From the IMG/VR virus record IMGVR_UViG_3300031576_000002, positions 62,001 through 126,000 of that record: 64,000 nucleotides of DNA. The stretch is one strand, 5' to 3'. The notes under the pieces were generated by a model. It saw nothing but the letters and a program-made list of their open reading frames with translations, was not told where the DNA came from and searched no databases. Numbering within the stretch: the stretch's first letter is position 1; each line of letters opens with the position of its first letter. Of the stretch, positions 28,266 to 36,812 are shown piece after piece. A program made the position numbers and the translations under genes.

Positions 28266-29155
28266 GTTCGCACGACTGGAATCTTAGTTCTCGGATCGTT
28301 CTCTTCTAGCAGGACTGCCGTGAATTTCTGGCTTTTCAAGCGGGACTGGCCGTTGGCGAATCCAAGCCCCCAGTCCAGCTCGTTCATCACGACTTCGTAG
28401 TATGCGTTGTTCGCAGCGCGAACGAGCAGATCGTGTTCGAGGATCACGGGCGTGAAAGGCGGCACGGAGGTCCACCATTCGATTCTACTTGCGCGCGTCA
28501 TACCCGCAGGCTGCACGGAGAGATCACCGGGTTCGGCAGGAAGCGCCAGTGGAATGATGTGCGGCGCGGTAACGCCGCGGAAGAGGCGCTTGGGGTCCAG
28601 GAATTGCCGGTAGCCTCGCAGACTCGTCTCCTTAGAGGGGAAGTTGTCTACGACCGGCTGACGGCTGTGGAAGTCAGTAGCAGGAGAAATCCAACGGTAC
28701 AGGACGTGAACGGGGTCCGTGCCGTTGTGGGGCGGAGCATTGAGGATGAGGTAGACCACTCCTGGCAGGGGGTTATCACTCGCGTCTACACGCCTTGCTT
28801 GAAAGTCGAGAGAGAACTGAGCTGCATTCGGTGAGAAGGTATCCTTGTCCTGAATCTGAGTTAGCTCGATCGCACCGAAGCTGGTCGTGAGCGTCGCCTC
28901 GAACCCTTCCGAGTCGGGGAATTCTTCCGGCGGATCTCGCTCTTCGTGCCAGATGACGGTACGCGGCAATCTTACGTCAGGGTCGAGATCATAGTTTCCG
29001 AGCGTCTTCACCACTCGATCGGAGTCGTAGCGCCGCTGGAGAAGATAGAACGGCTCGCCTCCAAACTGGAGGTACTCGTCCTGGTGCGCGATGACAATGT
29101 CAAGCGCACCCGTGGCGTCAAGGACGTGCCAGGGTTCGACCCAGAAGCGACTCAT
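28262..29155 (-). CDS. Putative neck/head-closure protein
   Basis: GGEPFYLLQR and PVILEHDLLV..YEV motifs; position upstream of the tail genes. Confidence 0.45.
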   Translation of the reverse strand: MSRFWVEPWHVLDATGALDIVIAHQDEYLQFGGEPFYLLQRRYDSDRVVKTLGNYDLDPDVRLPRTVIWHEERDPPEEFPDSEGFEATLTTSFGAIELTQIQDKDTFSPNAAQFSLDFQARRVDASDNPLPGVVYLILNAPPHNGTDPVHVLYRWISPATDFHSRQPVVDNFPSKETSLRGYRQFLDPKRLFRGVTAPHIIPLALPAEPGDLSVQPAGMTRASRIEWWTSVPPFTPVILEHDLLVRAANNAYYEVVMNELDWGLGFANGQSRLKSQKFTAVLLEENDPRTKIPVVRT

Positions 29156-29439
29156 GCTGTAGGTGAAGGTAAGAGTGGAGCTGCGGGCGGTGCAGCCGGC
29201 GGAACTTCGGCTGGGGGAGTAGGCGGCTTACGCGCAGCAAGCGGAGGGCGCATGGCAAAGTACGCGCCCACAACGGTCATGACCAAAGCGCTAAACTGAT
29301 CGTTCGGAAGATCAATCGCAACTCCCAGAAGAGGACCACAAGCCCTGAGAGTTACAAGTCCGAGGTAGGTCCAGACCACGGAAAGCGTGATGATGGCTCG
29401 AATGCTGCCCTCTGGAAGATTAAGGCTCCCGCGTTTCAT
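29152..29439 (-). CDS. Two-TM membrane protein (holin-like)
   Basis: LNLPEGSIRAII plus two hydrophobic segments. Confidence 0.5.
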   Translation of the reverse strand: MKRGSLNLPEGSIRAIITLSVVWTYLGLVTLRACGPLLGVAIDLPNDQFSALVMTVVGAYFAMRPPLAARKPPTPPAEVPPAAPPAAPLLPSPTA

Positions 29440-29810
29440 GGACGCAGTGTCCCACGGCCAAAGCGCGGTACTTTGACGAGTTGTGGCTGCTCACCTTTCG
29501 GCTTGATGAGCACCGCTTCCTGCCCGTAGCGGCGTCCGTAATCAAGGGCCTGGCTGAGGGGCATGTTCTCAACGCGAATATCGAGTTCCTTCTGCCCCCG
29601 CCAGTTACCCGGCTCTACCCGAAGCCGGGGAAAGCGCTCCTTCAATTCGTCGAGAAGCTGCCAGTGCCGTTCTAGGTTCTTTGCTTCTGGCGCACCAGGG
29701 TTGAAGGCGGAGACGACCGCGTACTCCCAATGTTGAGCGTTCCGGCCCAGCCCGTAGTCGAGAACTTCGCGGACTGGATTCAGGAAGCGCCTGCGCTTAG
29801 GCGAGCCCAT
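29436..29810 (-). CDS. DUF3293-like protein
   Basis: VSAFNPG..N..L..EL..G.W...E..ALDYGRRYGQEAV. Confidence 0.6.
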   Translation of the reverse strand: MGSPKRRRFLNPVREVLDYGLGRNAQHWEYAVVSAFNPGAPEAKNLERHWQLLDELKERFPRLRVEPGNWRGQKELDIRVENMPLSQALDYGRRYGQEAVLIKPKGEQPQLVKVPRFGRGTLRP

Positions 29811-30090
29811 GGGAAAGGTCGATCAGGCGGTCCATGAAGACCTCGGCGAACTGCTCGGCCGCGAACTCGGGATCCTCTTCAGCACCTACCTGGTCGCGGT
29901 AGCGCGCTTCAAAAAGGCGGTCCGCGTACAGCTTGAGGTCGCCCGAGTTGACTGCGACCTGTGCGTTCTGGCGGTCTTCCAACCACGTCTTCTCGGCTGC
30001 CTCTTCCGCAAGCTCTCGAAGGTCGAGAGCGCTGGACGCCAGCTTAGAGATGGCGCCATGAAGAGCGGATCGGGCAAATTTTTGTCTCAC
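29797..30090 (-). CDS. Hypothetical protein
   Basis: Coupled ORF, acidic C-terminus. Confidence 0.5.
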   Translation of the reverse strand: MRQKFARSALHGAISKLASSALDLRELAEEAAEKTWLEDRQNAQVAVNSGDLKLYADRLFEARYRDQVGAEEDPEFAAEQFAEVFMDRLIDLSHGLA

Positions 30091-30093
30091 CGC

Positions 30094-30279
30094 CTACCCC
30101 TCTCGCTTTCCGTGAACGGCGCGGTAGCTGACGCTTTGCATCATCGGGCTCCGCGGATCCAGTCCTACCGGATCCAGCTTCCACAGCGGCACTACAGAGG
30201 CAGTCGTCTGCTTGCCGACTCTTGCAGCGCGTTGCTTGCGGGCACGCTTGGTATTCTTGCGGACTTGCTTAGATGTCAT
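30094..30279 (-). CDS. Small basic protein
   Basis: SD GAGGA; fills the gene gap. Confidence 0.45.
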   Translation of the reverse strand: MTSKQVRKNTKRARKQRAARVGKQTTASVVPLWKLDPVGLDPRSPMMQSVSYRAVHGKREG

Positions 30280-30288
30280 GGAGTCCTC

Positions 30289-30420
30289 TCAGGTGTATGG
30301 ATTTTTCCAGAGTACCGTTACGATGCCCGCCAAGAGTAGCACGATCCAGGCGCGTACGATACCGGCTACGAGCAAGGCGACGAAATTGATTCCTGCCAAA
30401 GTTCGAGCCGCAAAGTCCAC
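30289..30420 (-). CDS. 43-aa membrane peptide (not in the ORF track)
   Basis: AAGGAGG-N5-GTG; MDFAARTLAGINFVALLVAGIVRAWIVLLLAGIVTVLWKNPYT. Confidence 0.55.
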   Translation of the reverse strand: MDFAARTLAGINFVALLVAGIVRAWIVLLLAGIVTVLWKNPYT

Positions 30421-30471
30421 GGTGCCCTCCTTGCCGGAAGCATCTTAGCCGCTTGCAAGGAAGGAGCTACA

Positions 30472-30900
30472 TCATCTTTTGCGCCGGTAGCCGTGGCGGG
30501 CGGCGTGAGCGTCCAGCACTCGCCCGACTTCTGCACGGGCCTTGTCGTTCCAGGAGCCCCAAGGCATCTCGTCTTCCAGCACTTCGCGGCTGGCCTCGAT
30601 GCCGCAGTCGTAGGAAGAGGACAACGACTTGGTCGCTTCCAGGCAGCTCTCGAAGTGCATGACCATGGCCGCAATCCCACGCTGCATTCTCTTGGCCGCC
30701 GCTTCGACCCCGGGCTCGTCTACCCGAAGCCCCCACGCTGCGGGCGTCACGGGAATGTTGTAACGCTGAATATATTTTCCAAGTCGCTTCCGCTCTTCCG
30801 CCTTCTTGGCAATACGCGGCATCAAATCAACAACCTGGGCGGGCTCGGTAGGAGGGCTCTTGATAAAGCCTAGCTCTTTGCGCAATCGCGGAGTTCTCAT
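30472..30900 (-). CDS. Hypothetical protein
   Basis: Start MRTPRL with ATGA overlap. Confidence 0.5.
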   Translation of the reverse strand: MRTPRLRKELGFIKSPPTEPAQVVDLMPRIAKKAEERKRLGKYIQRYNIPVTPAAWGLRVDEPGVEAAAKRMQRGIAAMVMHFESCLEATKSLSSSYDCGIEASREVLEDEMPWGSWNDKARAEVGRVLDAHAARHGYRRKR

Positions 30901-31091
30901 TTTGAACAGACTACCGCTCGCAATTCTTTGTCTAGGTGCTGCCCGCAACGCTTGCAACTGATTGGTTCTTCTTCGACGGTCTTCCAGAGCCGCCCCAGTC
31001 GCCCCCACTTTCCGCAGAACATCGTCACGATTTCGTCGCGCCCCTGGACAACATGTACAGTCCCACTGGGAGTGTAGCGGGCCAGGTTCAC
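30897..31091 (-). CDS. Small Zn-finger protein
   Basis: GTGA overlap; H..FCG..CKRC. Confidence 0.45.
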   Translation of the reverse strand: MNLARYTPSGTVHVVQGRDEIVTMFCGKWGRLGRLWKTVEEEPISCKRCGQHLDKELRAVVCSK

Positions 31092-31375
31092 GCCGATGCG
31101 AACTCGGGGAGAGGCAGCCACCGCGATCGATCCTCGGGCGGATCGAGAACGACCCGTACCCACATCGGGTTGATGTATCCCGTCAAGTTCTCCAAGTTGA
31201 TCTCTGAAACCAGGAGATCGTCTGCGTCTTGATAGATCGTAGTCAGGTAGCCCACGTAGGCACGGGCAGCGTCCTCGCAGGAGAATACGGGAATCCACAC
31301 GCAACGGCTCTCGCAGAATGGATGGATCATGAACGGCGCATGTCCTTCTTCACGGACGATGAAAAAGACTTGCAC
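31088..31375 (-). CDS. Hypothetical protein
   Basis: Coupled ORF. Confidence 0.45.
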   Translation of the reverse strand: MQVFFIVREEGHAPFMIHPFCESRCVWIPVFSCEDAARAYVGYLTTIYQDADDLLVSEINLENLTGYINPMWVRVVLDPPEDRSRWLPLPEFASA

Positions 31376-31376
31376 G

Positions 31377-31985
31377 TTAGATTCTCAGGAAGTAACGGAA
31401 CTCTTCGCACATTCGCGGACTGCCAAACTCATAACCTTCGTAGTAAAAGTGTTCTCCATAGCAGTGGTAGGGCCATACAATCTTTAGGCGGTCCGAGTGG
31501 TACTCCACGGCGGCTTTGAGTTTTACCCCGTGCTCTAACTTCAGCCAATCTGCAAACTCGTATATGACCTCGTGAAAGACTTGAGTGTTTACAGGGAGTT
31601 CGTACTCCTGCGTGAACTTTTTGCCATCAAACACCATCAGCTTGCAAATACTGATGTCGCCGGCAACGGTCCGGCAGAGAGCGTCCAACCTGCGGCGCAA
31701 AAGGGCAAAGCTCGAAGCTGGCTCTGCGTAGGGCTCTTCTTTAGAAGGTCGCGACGTAGGGCGCTCTGGTCGCGGAAGCGTTCGGAATCCTGACTTTGCC
31801 AGGATTCGATACGCTTCGTTGATCGCCTTCATCCGTTCCTCGGCCATGTCCCGGAACTGCTTGGGCGCACGGTCAGGGTGATAGGCGAGACTCAGAAAGC
31901 GATAGACCTTCTTGATGTCCGCTTTGTCCGCGGACATGGAAACACCTAGCACCTGACAAGCTTCTTGGGGCGTGGAAAGCGGCAT
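31377..31985 (-). CDS. J-domain (DnaJ-like) protein
   Basis: VLGVS..IKKVYR..YHPDR..AEERMKAINEAYRIL. Confidence 0.9.
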   Translation of the reverse strand: MPLSTPQEACQVLGVSMSADKADIKKVYRFLSLAYHPDRAPKQFRDMAEERMKAINEAYRILAKSGFRTLPRPERPTSRPSKEEPYAEPASSFALLRRRLDALCRTVAGDISICKLMVFDGKKFTQEYELPVNTQVFHEVIYEFADWLKLEHGVKLKAAVEYHSDRLKIVWPYHCYGEHFYYEGYEFGSPRMCEEFRYFLRI

Positions 31986-31986
31986 A

Positions 31987-32568
31987 CTACCGCCGTGACA
32001 ATGGATACGCGATATGCACGGCCCTAGAAGCGGCCAGAACCGCCTCTTTCCACCTATCGTACTCGCGCAGCCCTTCCCGCCAAGCGGCTGGACTCAAATC
32101 TCTCGGATCGAGCGAAGTAAACGCTTCGTCGATGCGTTCGGCGTCATTCGAGAAGAAGACGGAGCGCCACCCTTCAGGCGGCCCTTGTCCCCGGCCAAAG
32201 CCTGAGAATCCGGACTCCTTGGCGTACTGCTGGAAAGACACAATCTGATCGTCCATCACGTTGAAGCTGGAGTCTGAGTGCTCGATCTCATGCCGAAGGC
32301 GTTTGACTAGATCATCTCGGGTGCTGAGGTCAAGATCATTGCGCTCCGCCTGGAACTTCTTGAGCACGGCTAGGAGTCCCTGCTCTTCCCAGGTATTCCA
32401 GAACTCACCAATTCCCGGACGCTGAAAGCCAGGATCCTCGGACATGATGTCCTGGACTTTTTCGAGCGTGTCTTGAACGGTCTTGCGCTGCTTCTGGATA
32501 CGGCGTTCGCCGAGGTCGATGACATCGGCCTGAGAGAAGCGTTGAAGTACAGCCTGGAGGCGTTTCAT
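31987..32568 (-). CDS. Hypothetical protein with amphipathic leader
   Basis: ATGA-coupled start MKRLQAVLQRFSQA. Confidence 0.55.
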   Translation of the reverse strand: MKRLQAVLQRFSQADVIDLGERRIQKQRKTVQDTLEKVQDIMSEDPGFQRPGIGEFWNTWEEQGLLAVLKKFQAERNDLDLSTRDDLVKRLRHEIEHSDSSFNVMDDQIVSFQQYAKESGFSGFGRGQGPPEGWRSVFFSNDAERIDEAFTSLDPRDLSPAAWREGLREYDRWKEAVLAASRAVHIAYPLSRR

Positions 32569-32798
32569 TTTGATCTCGGCCCGAACTGAGTCTTGACCCA
32601 TTCCAGAGAGCTTGCTCTACCGTCTCCGAACTGATTCCAGAAAGCGTGAAAGGTTCCCTCGGGGTAAGGAAAGAGGGCTTGGTAGAGGTAGAGCTTGTCC
32701 CTGATGTTGTCTTTGTCGTGGATCCGTTGAATCTTGGACTCGTAGGGCTCCTGGACAGGAGCAGAGAAGCGGTGGAGGATGGAGGTGAGGGGGCTCAT
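32565..32798 (-). CDS. Hypothetical protein with MSPLT leader
   Basis: MSPLTSILHRFSA. Confidence 0.5.
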   Translation of the reverse strand: MSPLTSILHRFSAPVQEPYESKIQRIHDKDNIRDKLYLYQALFPYPEGTFHAFWNQFGDGRASSLEWVKTQFGPRSK

Positions 32799-32803
32799 TG
32801 TGC

Positions 32804-33160
32804 TCACGCGAATGTAAGATACTCCGGTGAAGCAAAGATGTTTCGCCGTTTCAAGGGCTCCGGAGATTCTGCTTCGCACCAGCGTTTCGTCCACGGCAGT
32901 GAATCAATGTCGGGGAACAGATAGAAAGGGGCTCTCATACCTCCGACCGCAGAGGTCCATGCAGGGGGCTTCTGCCCCTTCCGAAGGGCGAGTAGCTCGA
33001 TGATGGCGGCAGCTAGGGCTAGTTCTTCTGAACTTCCCAGGCAGGGTCTTTCTACCTCCCCGAGGTTATCGACAGAGCGCAGAAGCTCCATCGTCCACGC
33101 ACGCACGTAAAAATCGTTCTGTGCGTGCGCAGCAACTGCAATCTTTTCAAGTAGGCTCAT
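32804..33160 (-). CDS. Probable antitoxin-like partner of the nucleotidyltransferase
   Basis: ALAAAIIELLA..PPAW..PFY..ESPEPLKRRNIF, a pattern I associate with DUF6036 neighbours. Confidence 0.55.
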   Translation of the reverse strand: MSLLEKIAVAAHAQNDFYVRAWTMELLRSVDNLGEVERPCLGSSEELALAAAIIELLALRKGQKPPAWTSAVGGMRAPFYLFPDIDSLPWTKRWCEAESPEPLKRRNIFASPEYLTFA

Positions 33161-33734
33161 GAAGCCTTCCCCACAAATCGTCAAAGGCATACTGCATTTT
33201 AAGCTCTCGGCCTTTTTGAAGAAAGGGCTGCAAACTTTCCCAGACACTCTCTTTGCTCGCATCTTCTGCCAAAGCCTTGAGCAGTTCCGTAGCGTCTCCG
33301 TAGTCACCCGCTCCACGCCAAGCCCCCAGCTTCAGAGCTAGCAACTGTTCTGTAGAGGGCTGAGAAGCTGTGATCCCTTCTGATTGTACCAGAACAGGAC
33401 CCTCGGATAGAACATCGACATAGCCCTTGGCCGCATCATTGAGCCAGTCACGGGGCCAGTTGTTCTCTGCGGCTACCGCCTCTGCCCATTTCCGCACGAG
33501 CTGTGCATTGGGCGATAGAATGACGACGTCAACATCTTTGGTGGACTCTCGGGTGCGGTAGCCAAGAACCATAGCAGCGCCACCAAGAACGACCAAATGG
33601 ATCTGTTGACCATCGGCATGGGCAAGTTCGCCGAGTCGGGTAAGGCCGGATTGAATATCGGAAAAGTTGAAGGAGGAGTCTGCGGGAGACGCGGAAAGGC
33701 AGAGGCGACGGAGGATAGCTGTGAGGGGGCTCAT
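33147..33734 (-). CDS. DUF6036/AbiEii-like nucleotidyltransferase
   Basis: LVVLGGAAM..RESTKDVD..WLND..LLALKLGA.R..DYGD. Confidence 0.8.
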   Translation of the reverse strand: MSPLTAILRRLCLSASPADSSFNFSDIQSGLTRLGELAHADGQQIHLVVLGGAAMVLGYRTRESTKDVDVVILSPNAQLVRKWAEAVAAENNWPRDWLNDAAKGYVDVLSEGPVLVQSEGITASQPSTEQLLALKLGAWRGAGDYGDATELLKALAEDASKESVWESLQPFLQKGRELKMQYAFDDLWGRLHEPT

Positions 33735-34936
33735 GCTGCGGCCTGGACGAGACGGGGTATGCCGAGGAAGGTGCGGAGGCGCTTGCGGACTAGCTTGCGG
33801 CCTTCCTTGGACTTCAGTTCGCACTCCCACACAATGAGCAATTTCCATCCTGCATCAGCTAGAGCTTCTGCCTTTGCTTTATCACGTAGTACGGCGGCGA
33901 TCTGCGGAACGTACTTAGGAGTGTACGGCTGATGCCATTCATTACCAACAGCGTGTGCATGCCAAAAGCATCCATTGCACTCTATCGCTACTTTAGTTTG
34001 TAAGAGCGCGATGTCGAGGGCTCGCTTCTTACCACGCTGGTAGCGATGGTCAAAAGTGTAATCAGTTTGAAACTCTACCCCCAGTTTGCGCAAAATTCTC
34101 TGGACACGGCGTTCAGGTAGCGAATCCTTGACTGGCTGGCAACGGCGTAACGGAATACCGAACTTCTTCACTCGGTCGGCTATGGTACTCGTGGTGCAAT
34201 GAAAGCATCGAGCAATTTCCGGAATTGTCAGCTTTTGAGCTGTATAGAGCCCTTCTAGCGACTCTTTTGTAATATCGGGCCTTCGCTCACGATCCGGCCA
34301 GTTACCAGCTTCGATTGTTCTTTTAGCCCAAATCTTCGTCGCCGTTACTGTATCGCGCCTTTTTACCCCACTTCTTTCCAGGCGGTCAATAATAGTAGTT
34401 GTATCAACTTTAAGTTCTGCTGCAAGACTCGAAGCGCTCCTGCCGTCCTTGTATTGAACGACTATGTACGCATCATCAAGCTCTTTAGCCGCAAAACTCT
34501 TCCTAACGCTTACCCCTTGTGCAGACATGTAACTGCGTACGGTAAGACCGTCAAGCCCGGTACGGTTAGCTATCTCTCTGATACTATGCCCTGCCTTGTA
34601 GAGAGACACTATTTCAGAAGACTTTTCTGCGTACTTCCTCCATTCGTACTTGTAGACTCCCGCAAGAGTCAAACGATTTATTACGATTTTCTCTGTTGTT
34701 TCTACTTCGCGTGCAATCGCTCGCGGACCTTTTCCCGTCTGGTAGAGCTGTAAGATACGTTCAGCATCGACCTCAACTCTTCCAGGGCACTTTTCGATGA
34801 TAACCCCCGCTTCGCGCAGTCTGGACTTGACGAGCTTTCTGGAAACTCCTAAAGAAGCCGCCAAAGCGCTTAGGCTTTCCCGCGCCTTGTAGCGTGCAAC
34901 TAGCACGGCCGAGTTGAGATGGATTTGGCGTTTCAT
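33731..34936 (-). CDS. Free-standing Vsr/DUF559-type endonuclease with multiple HTH repeats
   Basis: Five LY..G.S..IA repeats; LDIA..VAIECNGCFWHAH..RD..GWKLLIVWECE; TATAAAAT upstream. Confidence 0.85.
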   Translation of the reverse strand: MKRQIHLNSAVLVARYKARESLSALAASLGVSRKLVKSRLREAGVIIEKCPGRVEVDAERILQLYQTGKGPRAIAREVETTEKIVINRLTLAGVYKYEWRKYAEKSSEIVSLYKAGHSIREIANRTGLDGLTVRSYMSAQGVSVRKSFAAKELDDAYIVVQYKDGRSASSLAAELKVDTTTIIDRLERSGVKRRDTVTATKIWAKRTIEAGNWPDRERRPDITKESLEGLYTAQKLTIPEIARCFHCTTSTIADRVKKFGIPLRRCQPVKDSLPERRVQRILRKLGVEFQTDYTFDHRYQRGKKRALDIALLQTKVAIECNGCFWHAHAVGNEWHQPYTPKYVPQIAAVLRDKAKAEALADAGWKLLIVWECELKSKEGRKLVRKRLRTFLGIPRLVQAAA

Positions 34937-34970
34937 GCAGCGGGCAATTTTATAGCAACTGCGTAGAACA

Positions 34971-36812
34971 TCAAGGCGTAAATCCGCTTCCTGCAAGTAC
35001 CCCGCTAGGCCCGCCGACCGACAAGCCGTACCTACTGAAAAACCCCGACGGAACACTACTATTACAGCACATGATCCCGTCCGCTACAAAGTTCTCGAAC
35101 CTGCTCCCAGGCACAGAAATATCGTACATACGTGGGCTCTTCATAGGCTCGATAGATACGATCTTAGCGCGACAGACTTCGGTATCCAAGAGATGCCCTT
35201 GCGCCCTTGGAGGAGCTACGACAATCTCATCTCCCACTTGAAGGTCTCGACCTTTTACCCGTAGAAGGCTGTTCAAGCCGAACCGAAATACCGAGTGGTC
35301 TCCCGTGAGAGAAATCGATGTCCTGCTTGACAGACGCACCCGATAGCAGTCCTTTCCCGCGCAATCATGAGAGAGCCACGCCTGGACTTTTTTCCAGGCA
35401 GGACGCCCCGTCTTTGTATCGACCGCAAGCACTTCGGGAGATTTGACTTCAGCGGCAAAATCGCCAATTGGAACTGTCTGGATCTTTCCGCCGTCCCTCA
35501 CAATCAACTCGTGTTCCGCGCCAACAGAAAAGAAGCGGCCAATCGAGTTGTGAGCCATGACGCCCGAAGCCACGAAGTTCTCTACTCCAGGCACGGACAG
35601 GTCGTACATCTTAGCTACGTGAACAGGTTCTACTGCCTTGACACGGTCAATCCGTGAAGTGCTGGTTTCCAGACGGTGCCGAAGATCGCAAGTGACAATC
35701 TCACTACCTTCTTTCAGGGCTCTTCCTTGTACCGGCTCCAGCCGGTTTCCCTGCACCTCAAACAAGGAGTGATCCCCTGTAATCGTAATGGACTTTCCAC
35801 CGGCTGTCTTGATCTTGTAGCAGTCTTTGGCAGAAGTGTCGTGCTCCCACCACTGGGTAACCGGATGCCATCCTACCTCACCGCTAGCGGGATGGATCGC
35901 CAAGACTTCAGAGCCTTCTCGTGGGTTCGCACAAGCCTCTCCAATCGTAACCGGATAGGTTCGTTTACCCTCCCGTATAAGTAATTCTTCTTCAGTAGAT
36001 ATACTGAAGGAATACTGCATCTGGACTAACACCGATCCTTGACTTCTAAACTGCTGCTTGAACCGGATCAGCCAGTCTTTGAAGTCCGCGAACAGGGGAA
36101 GTCCGCTCACCTGAGCAATCTTGCTCAGGTGGTCAATGGTGAGCGCGTTGCCGCCGAGGCTGTAGACGTAGTCCGTGTCCACGGCGTAGATGCCCTGGCT
36201 CTCCAGGGCTACCAGGGTAGCGGCCTGGATGAGAACCCAGAGATGCTGGTCTGGGAAGTTGCCGACCCCGAACCCGGTATAGGGCGGCACCATGTTGATG
36301 ACGCCCGCTCCGAGGTCGAGGTAGACGGACATCATCGCGTCGGAGTAGCCGTAGGTGACGCCTCCCCGCGACGTAATGTTGGTGGACGTGAGGCTCTTGC
36401 GGCTCTTGTCCACCATCAGCCGCAGGATGGGGATGTACTTGAAGTATTTGATCGGGGCTACGCGGATCAGGTGCTGCTTCCGGATCTCCCTGGCGTTTCC
36501 AGTCCGGAAGCGGTAGAAGGCCAGGTACGTGGGGCTCTGAAGCAATGCTGAGTCAAAACCGTACTTGTACGTGCCCAATCCAAGCCGCTGGACAGCACCA
36601 CTGCCTGCCTCTGGAAACAGCAGCGTCTCGATCGCGGTCCCGCCGTCGTCCACTAGCTCGATCTTTCCCGCTTCGGGGTCGGTCGTGATGAGCTGCTCGG
36701 GAGTCGCGTTCCTGTCGAGTGGCTCGGTCGCCGCAATGAGAATGTCCTCGGCAGTGCCTTGCCTGAGCAGGACAAGCTCTTGATCGCTTCTGAGAGGCTG
36801 TGGCTGGCTCAT
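34971..36812 (-). CDS. Putative head-tail/neck protein interrupted by two mini-inteins
   Basis: Two Hint domains; predicted spliced product of about 304 aa; host-protein function inferred from context only. Confidence 0.6.
   Translation of the reverse strand: MSQPQPLRSDQELVLLRQGTAEDILIAATEPLDRNATPEQLITTDPEAGKIELVDDGGTAIETLLFPEAGSGAVQRLGLGTYKYGFDSALLQSPTYLAFYRFRTGNAREIRKQHLIRVAPIKYFKYIPILRLMVDKSRKSLTSTNITSRGGVTYGYSDAMMSVYLDLGAGVINMVPPYTGFGVGNFPDQHLWVLIQAATLVALESQGIYAVDTDYVYSLGGNALTIDHLSKIAQVSGLPLFADFKDWLIRFKQQFRSQGSVLVQMQYSFSISTEEELLIREGKRTYPVTIGEACANPREGSEVLAIHPASGEVGWHPVTQWWEHDTSAKDCYKIKTAGGKSITITGDHSLFEVQGNRLEPVQGRALKEGSEIVTCDLRHRLETSTSRIDRVKAVEPVHVAKMYDLSVPGVENFVASGVMAHNSIGRFFSVGAEHELIVRDGGKIQTVPIGDFAAEVKSPEVLAVDTKTGRPAWKKVQAWLSHDCAGKDCYRVRLSSRTSISLTGDHSVFRFGLNSLLRVKGRDLQVGDEIVVAPPRAQGHLLDTEVCRAKIVSIEPMKSPRMYDISVPGSRFENFVADGIMCCNSSVPSGFFSRYGLSVGGPSGVLAGSGFTP
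35061..35528 (-). mobile_element. Mini-intein 2 (156 aa, ends CCN)
   Basis: SVGAEHEL..LTGDHSVF..MYDISV..ENFVADGIMCCN|S. Confidence 0.85.
35547..36005 (-). mobile_element. Mini-intein 1 (153 aa)
   Basis: SISTEEEL..ITGDHSLF..MYDLSVPGVENFVASGVMAHN|S. Confidence 0.9.

Noticed and set aside
33735-35056. Upstream starts in the ORF track (for example 33848 and 35056; also 24677, 32601, 32894, 33316, 39708, 40962, 49138)
   Set aside because: They overlap neighbouring genes; downstream starts are supported by stop/start coupling, SD sequences or paralog alignment
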